From an uncultured delta proteobacterium (GTDB lineage Bacteria > Desulfobacterota > Syntrophobacteria > BM002): a stretch of 64,000 bases of DNA. Made by a program: the position numbers and the translations under genes. The notes under the pieces were generated by a model. The model saw only the letters and a list, made by a program, of their open reading frames with translations, had not been told where the DNA came from and searched no databases. Below are positions 1 to 10,098 of the stretch, piece by piece (the first letter of the stretch is position 1; the number at the start of each line of letters is the position of its first letter). The stretch lies in the NCBI GenBank assembly GCA_963712115.1, contig CAVQGX010000011.1, forward strand, positions 1-64,000, given 5' to 3'.

Positions 1-804
1 AAACACGGGGCCGTCTTTGCAGACGTATTCCGTGCCAATGTTACAGCGGCCACACATGCCTATACCGCATTTCATCCGCATCTCCAAGCTCATGATAATA
101 CGCTCTTCAGGAAAGCCCAATTCTCTCAGTATTGGCAGGGTAAACTTGATCATAATCGGGGGACCACAGACGATGGCATATGAATCTTTGGCACTTGGCG
201 CTTTCTCCTGGGTCACCGTGGGCACGAAGCCAACGTTATACTTCCAGTTGGGATCATTGGTCGCATCAACAGTAATATGCATCTGAATGTCGTCACGCTC
301 ATTCCACCTTAACAGCTCATCTTTGTATAGGAGCATGCCTGGAGTGCGCGCACCATAGATCACGGTAATATCGCCAAAGCGGCTGCGGTTTTCTGGATGT
401 AACAGGTAGACGATGGAAGCCCTCAGGGTGGTGAAGGCAAAGCCACCGCCGATAATTACCACATTCTTGCCTTCCATCTTTTCCCAAGGATAGCAATTGC
501 CCAAAGGTCCGCGCACCCCAATGACGTCCCCAACCATCATCTGGTGCAGTGCAGTAGTGACAACTCCCACCCTGTTCACGGTGAAGAGCAAATGGCCTTG
601 TTCCGTCGGAGAGGAAGCGATACCAATGGGAATCTCACCTCTGCCGGCAATAGAGAGCTCGGCAAACTGACCGGCTCGATGGACAAACCTCTCCCCATCC
701 GCTGAATTTAAAAATACCAACTTGAAGGTCTTGAGGTTGCGGTCTTCGGTCTCGGTAATCACCGAGTCGATTTTCACTGGGTATGGCAGATAAGGATTTT
801 CCAT
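1..804 (-). CDS. flxA: FAD/NAD-binding oxidoreductase FlxA (AsrB/hydrogenase gamma-like), 3' end outside window
   Basis: Not in ORF track. Manual translation from ATG at 804: MENPYLPYPVKIDSVITETEDRNLKTFKL...GQFAELS...GGGFAF...CGPPIM...MKCGIGMCGRCNIG.EYVCKDGPVF (FNR-type FAD/NAD domain plus 2Fe-2S motif). Confidence 0.9.
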   Translation of the reverse strand, partial: MENPYLPYPVKIDSVITETEDRNLKTFKLVFLNSADGERFVHRAGQFAELSIAGRGEIPIGIASSPTEQGHLLFTVNRVGVVTTALHQMMVGDVIGVRGPLGNCYPWEKMEGKNVVIIGGGFAFTTLRASIVYLLHPENRSRFGDITVIYGARTPGMLLYKDELLRWNERDDIQMHITVDATNDPNWKYNVGFVPTVTQEKAPSAKDSYAIVCGPPIMIKFTLPILRELGFPEERIIMSLEMRMKCGIGMCGRCNIGTEYVCKDGPVF

Positions 805-816
805 GGCTTCATTGTA

Positions 817-930
817 TGGTTATGCCAGTTATGCCTGTTTAGGCGGTTTCGCCAGTCAAACGGTCAAGCAGCTGAACCGGCTAAACTGGCTCAACTGACA
901 AAACCGGGCAGAGCGGCCAAACCGGCTAAA
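817..930. repeat. 9-nt-period degenerate repeat array, inverted pair
   Basis: GTTATGCCA GTTATGCCT GTTTAGGCG GTTTCGCCA followed by approximately complementary GCTGAACCG GCTAAACTG GCTCAACTG ACAAAACCG GGCAGAGCG GCCAAACCG; the same family recurs at ~14120-14175. Confidence 0.7.
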
Positions 931-1969
931 CCCTGAAGTCGTTCATCAGGTGAAAAACCTGACGAATGTCAATGTTCACCGGACATTGCTGAACACAGCG
1001 GCCGCAGCCTACACAGGCCACGCCCTTGTGGTATTTGTCCGAGAAGTACTTGAGCTTGTGCATGAAACGTTGTCTAACCCGCTGCAATTTCTGGCTGCGA
1101 GGGTTGTGCCCTGATCCATGCAAAGTGAAAAGAGTGAACATGCATGAATCCCAATTGCGCAGCCGAAGGCCGTTACCCTTGAGGACTTCGTCTTGGATGT
1201 CGAAGCACCAGCAGGTGGGACAAACAAAGGTGCAGACGCCGCAATTAATACAGGCAAATTGCACCTCCTCCCAGAACTCAGCATTAAATAGTGCGTTGGC
1301 GTCATGCTGTTTCAAGCCCTCGGTGGGAACCACCGATTTGATGGACTGCAGTGAAGACTCCTCTAGAGCCGAAACGACTTCTTTTTTCGCTCCAGACTTT
1401 TCGGCTTCAACTCCTATGTCATTTAACAGCCCTTGGCCTTCTTCCGTTATCACTTGGATGACAAGTTCATCGTCCAAGTCGATAAGAAGCAGGTCCAACC
1501 CCTCTGTTGCAAAAGGACCGCTACCCACGGAGGTACAGAAACAGGTGGGGCAGGGGGTGTTACAACCCAGCCCCACGATAGTTGTGATTTGCCGTCTCCT
1601 CACCCACCAGGGATCCCGGTGCGAAGGGGTATCGAAATTTAGGTCCAGTAGCTGAAAGGCTCTGGCGTCACAAGGACGGATGCCAAAAATAATCCGCGGG
1701 AAGTGGTCTGTTTCAATCTCGTGAAGAATTGCGGCCTGTTCTGAGGTTCTGTCCAAGTTGAACTCGAACATGGCCTCGGACTGGGGGAGTATTATGGATT
1801 TTGGCGACAGGGTGGTGTTGGCAAAACTAAGATCAACTTGATCTGCAGTGGAGATCTCCTGAAAAGCGGTCATGTTTTGCTGTCGCACCGGCGCATAAAC
1901 CCGGTGATTTTCCATTAATCGATCCACAAAGTCGGAGAGTTGTGTCTTTTTGATGACTCTATCTACCAT
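926..1969 (-). CDS. flxB: 4Fe-4S dicluster protein FlxB (AsrA-like)
   Basis: GIRPCD, CINCGVCTFVCPTCWCF, CVGCGRCVQQCP motifs; position upstream of flxA. Confidence 0.88.
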   Translation of the reverse strand: MVDRVIKKTQLSDFVDRLMENHRVYAPVRQQNMTAFQEISTADQVDLSFANTTLSPKSIILPQSEAMFEFNLDRTSEQAAILHEIETDHFPRIIFGIRPCDARAFQLLDLNFDTPSHRDPWWVRRRQITTIVGLGCNTPCPTCFCTSVGSGPFATEGLDLLLIDLDDELVIQVITEEGQGLLNDIGVEAEKSGAKKEVVSALEESSLQSIKSVVPTEGLKQHDANALFNAEFWEEVQFACINCGVCTFVCPTCWCFDIQDEVLKGNGLRLRNWDSCMFTLFTLHGSGHNPRSQKLQRVRQRFMHKLKYFSDKYHKGVACVGCGRCVQQCPVNIDIRQVFHLMNDFRV

Positions 1970-2041
1970 TGTCTAGGTCCTTGACATGGGATTTAGCCTG
2001 TTCGGCGGCATAACCAACAAAAGTGGCTAACCGGCTAACTT

Positions 2042-2993
2042 TCATCGTATGAACTCCTGTGGATCATCAGGACGGTATGTATCCAAAGGTGGACGTTGAT
2101 CCAGGCTCAAGCCGGCTTCATAGTCATAGAGCTCGATTATGTCCTTTTCCAATTTCTTGGTCAGCTGTCGCACCTTGATGGACATGGGGCAAACCTGTTC
2201 GCAGTTGCCGCAATCCGTGCAGCGGCCAGCTAGATGATAGGCCCGCAGAAAGTGAAATGTCTTGGTATCGGTGGGGTCAATGGATTTGCCCAGCCACTGC
2301 GGCATTGACTCGTCGACGAAGCAGACTGGGCAATAGCACATTGGACAAGCGTTGCGACAGGCATAGCAGCGAATACAGGGGGCCAGAAGTTCATCAAAAT
2401 GCTTCCACCGCTCATCCTGCGCTCATGGCCTCGACAGCACGGATGTCCGCGTATCGATCCACCTGACCTTGCTCGGCTACCGGATCCCCGATTAGTTCAT
2501 CGCAGATCACAGGATTTCGATGGGTACAGACGGAACAGTTTTCCTGGAGATATGCGTCTCGAGGCAAAACATCCTCGAAATCATTTCCCTTTGCCCGAAG
2601 TTGCCCATCAGTCTCAGTCACCACCATGGGCTCACGACCCTCAAGAGCAGCCAAGACCAAGCGGCGATCCACCATGCCAAGGCAGGGCACGCCGATCAAA
2701 TAGAGCTGCTCACGCTTGATCTGGTTTTCCAGAATCTGCAAAACGACGTTTCTTGAGTCGCAGCCCTTTACCAACAGAGCAATTCTATCCCGGCGGCGGG
2801 GAAGGTAGGTGGTCAGATTGCCTGCGCAGAAAGAATCCCAATTCAGCCGCCTTACCTCGGCGGGCTTATTGACGAGGATGGGTTGGTTTATCATGGGTAG
2901 GGTGCCACGCTGAAAGCCCAACACCACATCCACCTTGCCTTCCTGTAATAAGCGACGAGCTATCTCTCTTATTCTTTCTGTATATTGATCCAT
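2042..2993 (-). CDS. flxC: FrhB-like/4Fe-4S protein FlxC, single-base frameshift at ~2416-2417
   Basis: N-part (MDQYTERI from ATG 2993, SD AAGGTGG; KGCDSR) ends ...AMSAG*. Removing one G gives AMSA-DERWKHFDELLAPCIRCYACRNACPMCYCPVCF, in frame with ORF 2042-2341 (GRCTDCGNCEQVCP). Confidence 0.85.
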
Positions 2994-3029
2994 TGACGCC
3001 ACCTTACGGATGTCATTGGTCATAAGTCT

Positions 3030-3277
3030 TTTAGCCGTTCAAATCATTCAAGTCGTTCATTAGTTGGCTAGTCAATTCGTGAACAGTAAACGGCACGCAG
3101 TAGGCGGTAAATGGTAAGCCGTGAGCAAGACTTCAATGACATCAACGGTTTCGACCATCTTATAGATTTCCCTAATTCTCTAATCGACCAATTAACCAAT
3201 CAACAAAACGCCATGCCCTATGCTTTACTCGCAACGGACAACTGACAATCAGTCTTCTGACCTCCGACCTCTGAGTC
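3030..3277. repeat. Mosaic of 7/8/9-nt-period degenerate repeat blocks inside the operon
   Basis: GCCGTTCAA ATCATTCAA GTCGTTCAT; AGTAAAC..AGTAGGC GGTAAAT GGTAAGC; GACCAATT AACCAATC; CAACGGA CAACTGA; TCTGACC TCCGACC. Confidence 0.65.
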
Positions 3278-3322
3278 ATGTCCCTCGTCTCGCTGATGAT
3301 TGTTGCCCAGTGCCTAGTTTCT

Positions 3323-3813
3323 TCAGCCCCTGCCAGCTTCTATCTGGACTCTACTGATGGAATACTCGTCCCATACAGGAAGCTCCTTGACCAACTTGGT
3401 GGCCGGGCCCAGTTGTCTTACCTCCTCCGTGATCTCCTTGACCACATCAACAAACTTGGTGGCTTCAGCCGAGGAAATCCAGGAGAAATGGAGTCGACCT
3501 GGTTCTATACCCATATATTCGATTAAATTTTTGAAGAGGGCGAATTTTCTTCTGGCGTAATAATTACCTTCCAGGTAATGGCAGTCTCCCGGATGTCAGC
3601 CTGAGACCCAGATTCCATCAGCACCATGTCGAAAAGCTGCCAAGAGAAACTTGGGGTTCATCCGGCCGGTGCAAGGCACCCGGATGGCTCTAATGTTTGG
3701 AGGATATTGCAGGCGGCTAACGCCGGCGAGATCCGCTGCGCCGTAAGAACACCAGTTGCAAAGGAAGGCAGCTATTTTGGGCTGCCAGTCGTTTTCTGTC
3801 AGAGATTCGTCAT
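3323..3813 (-). CDS. mvhD: MvhD/FlxD 2Fe-2S subunit, selenoprotein (UGA=Sec at 3596-3598)
   Basis: [12 protein letters not shown]...IRVPCTGR...[25 protein letters not shown], continuous in frame with ORF 3323-3514. The SD-preceded ATG at 3813 is out of frame (probable 1-nt deletion near 3808). Confidence 0.9.
3563..3579 (-). promoter_or_regulatory. Bacterial SECIS-like hairpin of mvhD
   Basis: Perfect stem AUUACCU-GGA-AGGUAAU starting 16 nt after the UGA; G-containing apical loop. Confidence 0.75.
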
Positions 3814-3831
3814 AGTCTACACCTCGAAATG

Positions 3832-3894
3832 GCGATATGGGATGTAAGGCGAAGTGATTTCTAATCCCATATCTCACATCTCACATCTCATATC
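3832..3894. repeat. 7-nt-period inverted repeat (GATGTGA/TCACATC family)
   Basis: GATATGG GATGTAA ... ATCCCAT ATCTCAC ATCTCAC ATCTCAT; same family at ~11570-11650, ~40455-40500 and ~47040-47095. Confidence 0.7.
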
Positions 3895-6800
3895 TACAAC
3901 TCTTCAATCATTGCAAAAATCTGTCTATCCTCAAATCCTTTGAGCTCAATGGCGCCCGAACGGCAGGAGGCCACACATAGACCACAGCCCTTGCACAAGG
4001 CCTGATTGATTTGAGAAAATCCCCTGTCGCTGAAACCCGGCGCTCCGAAGGGACATATTTCCACACACACGCCGCAAGCGGAACATTTTGCATGGTTGAC
4101 TCCCGCTACCTGGCCGCTCACTTGCAGGGTTTTCCGGGCCAGGAGAGTGATGGCTCGGCTTGCAGCAGCTTGGGCCTGAGAGATACTCTCTTCCAAAGGC
4201 TTGGGATAATGGGCCAAGCCACAGAGAAACACCCCGTCGGTGGCACACTCTACCGGTCGGAGTTTGGCGTGTGCCTCAAGGAAAAACTTGTCTTGGTTGA
4301 GGGGCACCTTAAAGAGCCGGGATAAGGACTCAGCACCTTGTGTTTCTATAGCTGTGGCCAAAGTAATAAAATCAGGTGAGATGACTAAAGGCCTCTGGAG
4401 TATGTGGTCTTTGACAACCACCCGCAGCCCCCCCTCAGAATCAGTTTCCACCAAAGGTTTTTCGTCTAGGGAGTAGCGAATAAAAATAACCCCTGCTGCC
4501 CGGGCTCTTCTGTAAAGTTCTTCGCGCTGACCGTAGGTGCGGATATCTCTGTAGAGGATGTAGACATCCACATCCGGATAGGTCTCTTTCACCTTAGTGG
4601 CCTGCTGAATAGAAAAGGTGCAGCAGATCTTACTGCAATAGGGCCGTTGGGGCTCACGGGAACCTACACACTGAATAAAGACTATGCTACCAGCCTTGTG
4701 GAGTTTGCCGGCCTCAAAAGCATTTTCCAGTTCGTGCCAGCGAATCACCCTGGAGTGTTGACCACAAAGGTATTCATCTGTTTCTATCGCCCGCCCGCCA
4801 GTGGCGATAATGGCTACGCCGTGGCGGAGTGTAGTGAACTTGACGCCATTAGTGCCACCGATTCGAATCTTAGTGTGAAAATTACCGACAAAACCTTTCA
4901 CTTCTTGGAGTTCACTATTGGGGTAGACTCTGATAAGGGAGTTGTCATTTACCCGGGCAATTAGATCTCTCAAGAAAACAGTCACATCTTCGCCGCGCCA
5001 AGTTTCTCGAAGCTGGCGGGCATGTCCTCCTAGCTCGGACTTGGCCTCAACCAGGGTGACGGGGTAACCCTGGTCAGCGAGATGTAGACTGGCAACCATA
5101 CCTGCCACGCCGCCGCCCACCACCAGAGCAGACTGAGTGATCTCCACTGTGGTCTCTTGGAGGGGCTCAAGCAGGGCCACTTTGGTCACTGCCATCCGCA
5201 CCAGGTCCTTGGCCTTCTGGGTGGCCGCATCTGAGTCGCTGCCATGTACCCAAGAGTCGTGGTTGCGGATGTTGGCCATTTCAAAAAGGTATTTGTTTAG
5301 GCCGCTGTTGACTAAAGTTTCCTGGAACAGGGGCTCATGAGTTCTAGGGGAACAGGCCGCCACCACCACGCGGTTGAGTTTCCGTTCCCTTATCACCTGA
5401 AGCATTTGATCCTGAGCATCCTGAGAGCAGGTATAGAGATTGTTTTCCACGTGAGCTACGTAGGGCAGGGTGCGGGCATAGTCTCTCACCGCCATTACAT
5501 CTACCACCCCGGCGATGTTAATCCCGCAATGACAGACAAAGACGCCGACACGAGGTGGTTCCCCCCTGATGTTGGTCTCTTCCACCGATTCTGTGGAGAC
5601 GGTCAAGGTATGCCGTGCTGGTGCGAGGATTATCCCGGCTGCCGCTGCGGCTCCACTTGCCTCCATCACCGATTGGGGGATGTCTTTGGGGCCCCGGAAA
5701 CTGCCGCACACGAATATTCCCGGTCTCGAGGTGGCCGCCGGCTGAAAAGAACTGGAGGAACAAAAGCGATCAGGGTCTAGATCTACCCCCAGTTGCTCGG
5801 ACATTTCTACTAGTTCCGCAGGTGTTTGCATGCCCACGGAAAGAACTACCAGGTCGAAGACTTCTTCTTTAACCTGACCAATTTCGTCCACGTAAGAAAT
5901 TACAAGATTGTCTGTGTGAGGTTCAGGATCAATGGAGTGGACACGGGATCGAAGGAACCTCACTCCATGGATCTCCCTGGCGCGGTCATAATACCTCTCG
6001 AAATCCTTGCCGAAAGTGCGCATGTCCATAAAGAAAATGGCGGTCTCCAGCCCATTTTTGGTATGCTCTTTGGCAATGACCGCCTGCTTTATTGCATACA
6101 TGCAGCAGACCGAGGAGCAGTAGCTGTTGTCACAGTGATTGACATCCCTGGAGCCCACGCACTGGAGCCAGGCGATCTTCTTGGGCTCTTTGTGATCAGA
6201 AGGCCGCAGCAGATGGCCTTGTAGGGGCCCTGAAGCGGAGAGCATACGTTCGAATTCAAGCCCGGTGACAACATTGTCCAGCTCACTGTAAGAGTATTCG
6301 TCGTACTTACTGGGGTCGAAGGTTTCGAACCCTGGGGCAAGAATCACCGAGCCTACCTCCAGGGTGATTTCCTCCTCCTCCATTGAGTGATCTACTGCCA
6401 GAGCCTGGCAGGCCGCTACACATGCGAAGCACTCGCAGCAGGCCATGCAGTTGAGGCACTTTGCAGCCTCGGCCCTGGCCTGTTCTTCCGTGAGCCCGAG
6501 CTCCACTTCAGCAAAACCGGCCGTTCTCCCTGCCATACTGATCGCACCCTGTTCAGCCCGAGGAATTCGCTCAGTGTCTTCAGGGATGGGAAGGAAATTT
6601 TCCTGGGGGAACTCAATGGGCTCCCTACCTGCTCGCAGATCTTGGCCCCGAAGATAGCGAGAGATGGAAATCGCTGCCTCCCTGCCAGCGGCAATCGCCC
6701 CGATGGCTATCCAGGGTCCCATAACTCCATCGCCTCCGGCAAATACTCCGTCTATGGCGGTGGCGCAGGTCACCGGGTCAACAGTTATGGTTTTCCATCG

Positions 6801-8339
6801 GGTGAGCTCTAAGCCTGCAATCTGATCCAAAGGGGAGATGTCGGGCTGTTGGCCGATAGCGGGAATCACTAAAGCGGCCTCCAAATTGAATTCACTTCCA
6901 GCCACGGGTACCGGGCGGCGCCGGCCGCTGGCATCAGGTTCGCCCAGTTCCATGCGAAGACATTCTATACCAATAACCCGATCCTCATGGGTCAACATTT
7001 TTGCCGGAGCGGTGAGATATTGAATGTCAATGGATTCGGCCAATGCCGCCTCTACCTCTTCTTTTCTGGCAGGCATCTCTGCCCGGGTGCGGCGATACAA
7101 TACAGTTACCCTGTCAGCCCCCAAACGCAAAGCAGAGCGGGCCGCATCAATGGCCACATCACCGCCGCCTACGATCACCACCCTTCCTTCAAGCTTGGTC
7201 AGTTCACCCAGATTGACCCGGCGGAGAAAATCTACACCCGGAATTACCCCTTTTGCGTCCTCGCCGGAAATGGCGAGCTTCATGCTCTTGTGGGCACCGA
7301 TGGCGAGGTAAACTGCCTTGTAGCCCTCTTTGAAAAGACCATCTATGGTCACATCCCGACCCAAGGCAGTATTTAGCTTTATCTCCACGCCCAGACGGGT
7401 TATGGCCCTAATCTCCTTGTCCAAAACCTCAGGGGGCAAGCGATAGTCAGGAATACCCAAGCGCAACATGCCTCCGGCAACTGACTGAGCCTCAAACACA
7501 GTTGACTCATATCCCTCCAGGGCAAGAAAATGGGCAGCAGTAAGCCCCGCAGGACCCGAGCCAATGATGGCCACCTTCTCATCCCGCCTTTCAATCTCAG
7601 GCAGAGGAATATCTTCAATGTCCACCTGATCAGCCACAAAACGCTTCAGGGCACAAATGGAAATGGGTTCATCCACCTCACCCCGCCTGCAGGCTGCCTC
7701 ACAAGGGTGGGGGCAGATGCGACCTATGGTTCCAGGGAAGGGCAGGGTCCTGAGGATGACCTCCATGGCCTCCCGGTATTTGCCCTGGGCAATGAGGGCC
7801 ACATAAGCGTGAGCGTTTACATGATTGGGGCAACCATTGGTACAGGGGGAGCGATCACGCTTGTCTATCATGTATCCCCCTGGGATGGCCTGAGCGTAGG
7901 GTTTGTAGGTGGCCTTCCTGGGGCCAATGGACTCGTCGAACTCGCTGGGCATAGTCACCGGGCAAACCTCGGCGCAATCACCGCAACCGGTGCACTTATC
8001 CAGGTGAATGAGGCGAGGCTGTTTCTTCACGGTGACCTGGAAGCGGCCACTCGCCCCGTGTATGCTCTGCACCTCTGCAAGGGTAAGGAGTTCGATGTTG
8101 AGATGCCGGCCGACCTCGACCAGTTTTGGCGAGATGATTCACATGGAGCAATCGTTGGTGGGAAAGGTCTTGTCCAGTTGTGCCATGACCCCACCAATGG
8201 CAGGACCTTTTTCAACTAAATAGACCTTGTAGCCGGAGTCTGCCAGGTCTAGGGCTGCTTGCATGCCGGCGATGCCGCCGCCCATGACCATGACCGAACC
8301 TACTATGTCGTCAGCCTTGACTTGTAACGCTTTGTCCAT
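3894..8339 (-). CDS. hdrA: HdrL-type heterodisulfide reductase A-like flavoprotein with inserted GltD/NfnB-like NAD(P)H module; selenoprotein (UGA=Sec at 8139-8141), ~1481 aa
   Basis: GGGIAG...[26 protein letters not shown], in frame with ORF 3894-8072; CVGSR..YCSSVCC and CVGSR..YCSKICC HdrA motifs; [26 protein letters not shown]. Start 8339 is preferred over 8372 because of its SD and the promoter position. Confidence 0.9.
8106..8123 (-). promoter_or_regulatory. Bacterial SECIS-like hairpin of hdrL
   Basis: CUGGUCG-AGGU-CGGCCGG stem (2 GU pairs) starting 15 nt after the UGA. Confidence 0.7.
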
Positions 8340-8377
8340 GGCCTGAAATACCTTTACTGGATCTGCCCCCATGGGTG

Positions 8378-8397
8378 ATAGTGAAGATTTTCACTAT
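8378..8397. promoter_or_regulatory. Rex-like operator palindrome
   Basis: Perfect palindrome ATAGTGAA-GATT-TTCACTAT resembling the Rex consensus TTGTGAA-N4-TTCACAA; overlaps the -10 of the hdrL promoter. Confidence 0.7.
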
Positions 8398-8421
8398 ATC
8401 CAAAAGCAGAGATAAAATCAA
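8393..8421 (-). promoter_or_regulatory. sigma70-type promoter of the hdrL-flx operon
   Basis: TTGATT-N17-TATAGT on the minus strand. Confidence 0.55.
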
Positions 8422-8509
8422 TAGTATCATAGCAGAAAATTAGCCCAGACTTCTCCGGGTCAATTTTCCTCAAGGAACCCCGGTCCTGTGGGCCAGGTCG
8501 GATCGCCTA

Positions 8510-8640
8510 GAGCATAGCGCATAGGGTAAAAAACAGTAAAGGGTAAAAGGTGAACAGTTGCGGAGCGTGTGCATAATCGGTTTACCGTTTACTGTTCACT
8601 GTTTACCAAACGCTTTGCGCTCTGCGCTTAGCGCTTTGCC
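8510..8640. repeat. Nested 7-nt-period inverted repeat element
   Basis: Outer GCATAGC-type / CGCTTTG CGCTCTG CGCTTAG CGCTTTG; inner AAACAGT AAAGGGT AAAAGGT GAACAGT / TTTACCG TTTACTG TTCACTG. Confidence 0.75.
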
Positions 8641-8683
8641 TCATGGGGGTAGCTCAAAGTTAGGTCGTCTGTGCCTGGATTCT

Positions 8684-9379
8684 TTACTTAAACCGCTCTT
8701 CTTTCCAGGGATCCGCGGAGTTGCTGTAGCCCCGTCTCTCCCAGTAGCCGGGCTCATCTTGAGCTGTAAACTTGATTCCTTCAAGCCATTTGGCACTCTT
8801 GTAAAAATAGCGGTCGGGCACCAATGCTCGCACTGGAGCGCCGTGGGGTCTGGGTAAACTTTTGCCAAAAAAACTGTGAGCCAGGATTACGTTATCTTTT
8901 CGAGCCTCAATAATGGGAATGTTGCTGGTATAACCAGCCGCTGCTTCGAAGATAACGAAATGGGCATTTTTTTTAGGCTTGACCAGACCCATAATCGTGC
9001 TGAGCCTGACACCACTCCACTCGGAATCCAGTAGGGTCCAGCCGGTAACACAGTGCACATCGCAGGTGAGCTCTACCTGTTTCAGTTCGCTTAGTTCTCG
9101 AAAGGTGAGGGTAGTCGGTTCTTCCACTTCACCATGAATTCGCAGCTGCCAGTCCTGGGGATTAGCAATGCCCTGAATACCGCCCATATCATACAGTCTT
9201 TTCACCGGTTGCTGGCTCGGGGGAATGCGCGGTCTGCCATCAGGTCTTATCTGGGCTGCGAGGGCAACATTTTCTCGGGCAAGGAGTTTGACAAATACCC
9301 CTGGTAAGCTGATGCTAACCACTGAGCCGCCGGCTTTGGCCAAGAAGGCACGCCTGGAAAGTTTCTTAGATCCATCCAT
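8684..9379 (-). CDS. Molybdopterin-dependent oxidoreductase (sulfite oxidase/YuiH-MsrP family) with Tat signal
   Basis: SRRAFL twin-arginine motif; [28 protein letters not shown] motifs. Confidence 0.85.
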   Translation of the reverse strand: MDGSKKLSRRAFLAKAGGSVVSISLPGVFVKLLARENVALAAQIRPDGRPRIPPSQQPVKRLYDMGGIQGIANPQDWQLRIHGEVEEPTTLTFRELSELKQVELTCDVHCVTGWTLLDSEWSGVRLSTIMGLVKPKKNAHFVIFEAAAGYTSNIPIIEARKDNVILAHSFFGKSLPRPHGAPVRALVPDRYFYKSAKWLEGIKFTAQDEPGYWERRGYSNSADPWKEERFK

Positions 9380-9762
9380 AATTGATTTCCATTTAGTGAG
9401 TAGACATACTTTTCTAATCTAATCATTCTAACCGACAGCTGTGGGTCGTTCCAGACCTTCCGCAGTCACTCAGAAGAGACATCAGCAAAGGCCAAAAGGG
9501 GAGGCTGCGAAACAACGAGCATCTGAGCAACCTATCTTTACGGATCTCAGCCTTGAGAGGGCCTGCATGAAGATGTGGTGCTTACTCTACAGGAACTCTG
9601 CCAATAAATGGCGCGAATATGATCGTTGTGGAGTAGCCTTCCCATGGCCTATGTCAGAAAAATATTTTTGGGGAAAGTCCCGATTAAGAAGCAGGGTGTC
9701 AGCAACGGACGGGGTCGGTGCAGGGGGATTTCGAAGGCAGAGAGTGAGGTATAATCTGAAAA

Positions 9763-10098
9763 CTAATATTTTGCCTTCGGATCACAGAGAAGAGACAGTT
9801 TTTGGCGATGATGGCGAATCTTTATAAGGCGGTGGACAAACTCTCTCTGAATTTTCGGCTGTTCCGCCCCGAAGCACTCATAGTGCAAATCACACATAAA
9901 CCAAGTACAGATGTAAGGCCTGTGGATGCGAGGGAGAAAACACCCTTGCTCGGTTAGATAAAGGCAAGGATCGCCACTTTTGATGCGCGTCTGTGAGTGT
10001 GGAATTGATGCGGAAGATAATTTTGTTGACCTGTTGCCAGTGCAGGGGCGAAAGGGGGCGTCTGATCTCTTCATCTGTGAGTAACCGATCTGCTTCAT
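9763..10098 (-). CDS. Cys-rich hypothetical protein, possibly truncated or internally deleted
   Basis: ATGA overlap with the upstream regulator; C-terminal CLYLTEQGCFLPRIHRPYIC resembles YkgJ-like Zn/Fe-chelating motifs, but the N-terminal CxxCC half is not seen. Confidence 0.4.
   Translation of the reverse strand: MKQIGYSQMKRSDAPFRPCTGNRSTKLSSASIPHSQTRIKSGDPCLYLTEQGCFLPRIHRPYICTWFMCDLHYECFGAEQPKIQREFVHRLIKIRHHRQKLSLLCDPKAKY

Noticed and set aside
2412-2414. Third selenocysteine codon in flxC
   Set aside because: Read-through hits another TGA five codons later and the conserved sequence continues in a different frame, so it is a frameshift.
9420-9760. Moco riboswitch or tRNA remnant upstream of the molybdoenzyme
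   Set aside because: Only a GCCTCCC fragment and a vague GGTCGG..GGATTTCGAA resemblance; no full fold or cloverleaf could be built.
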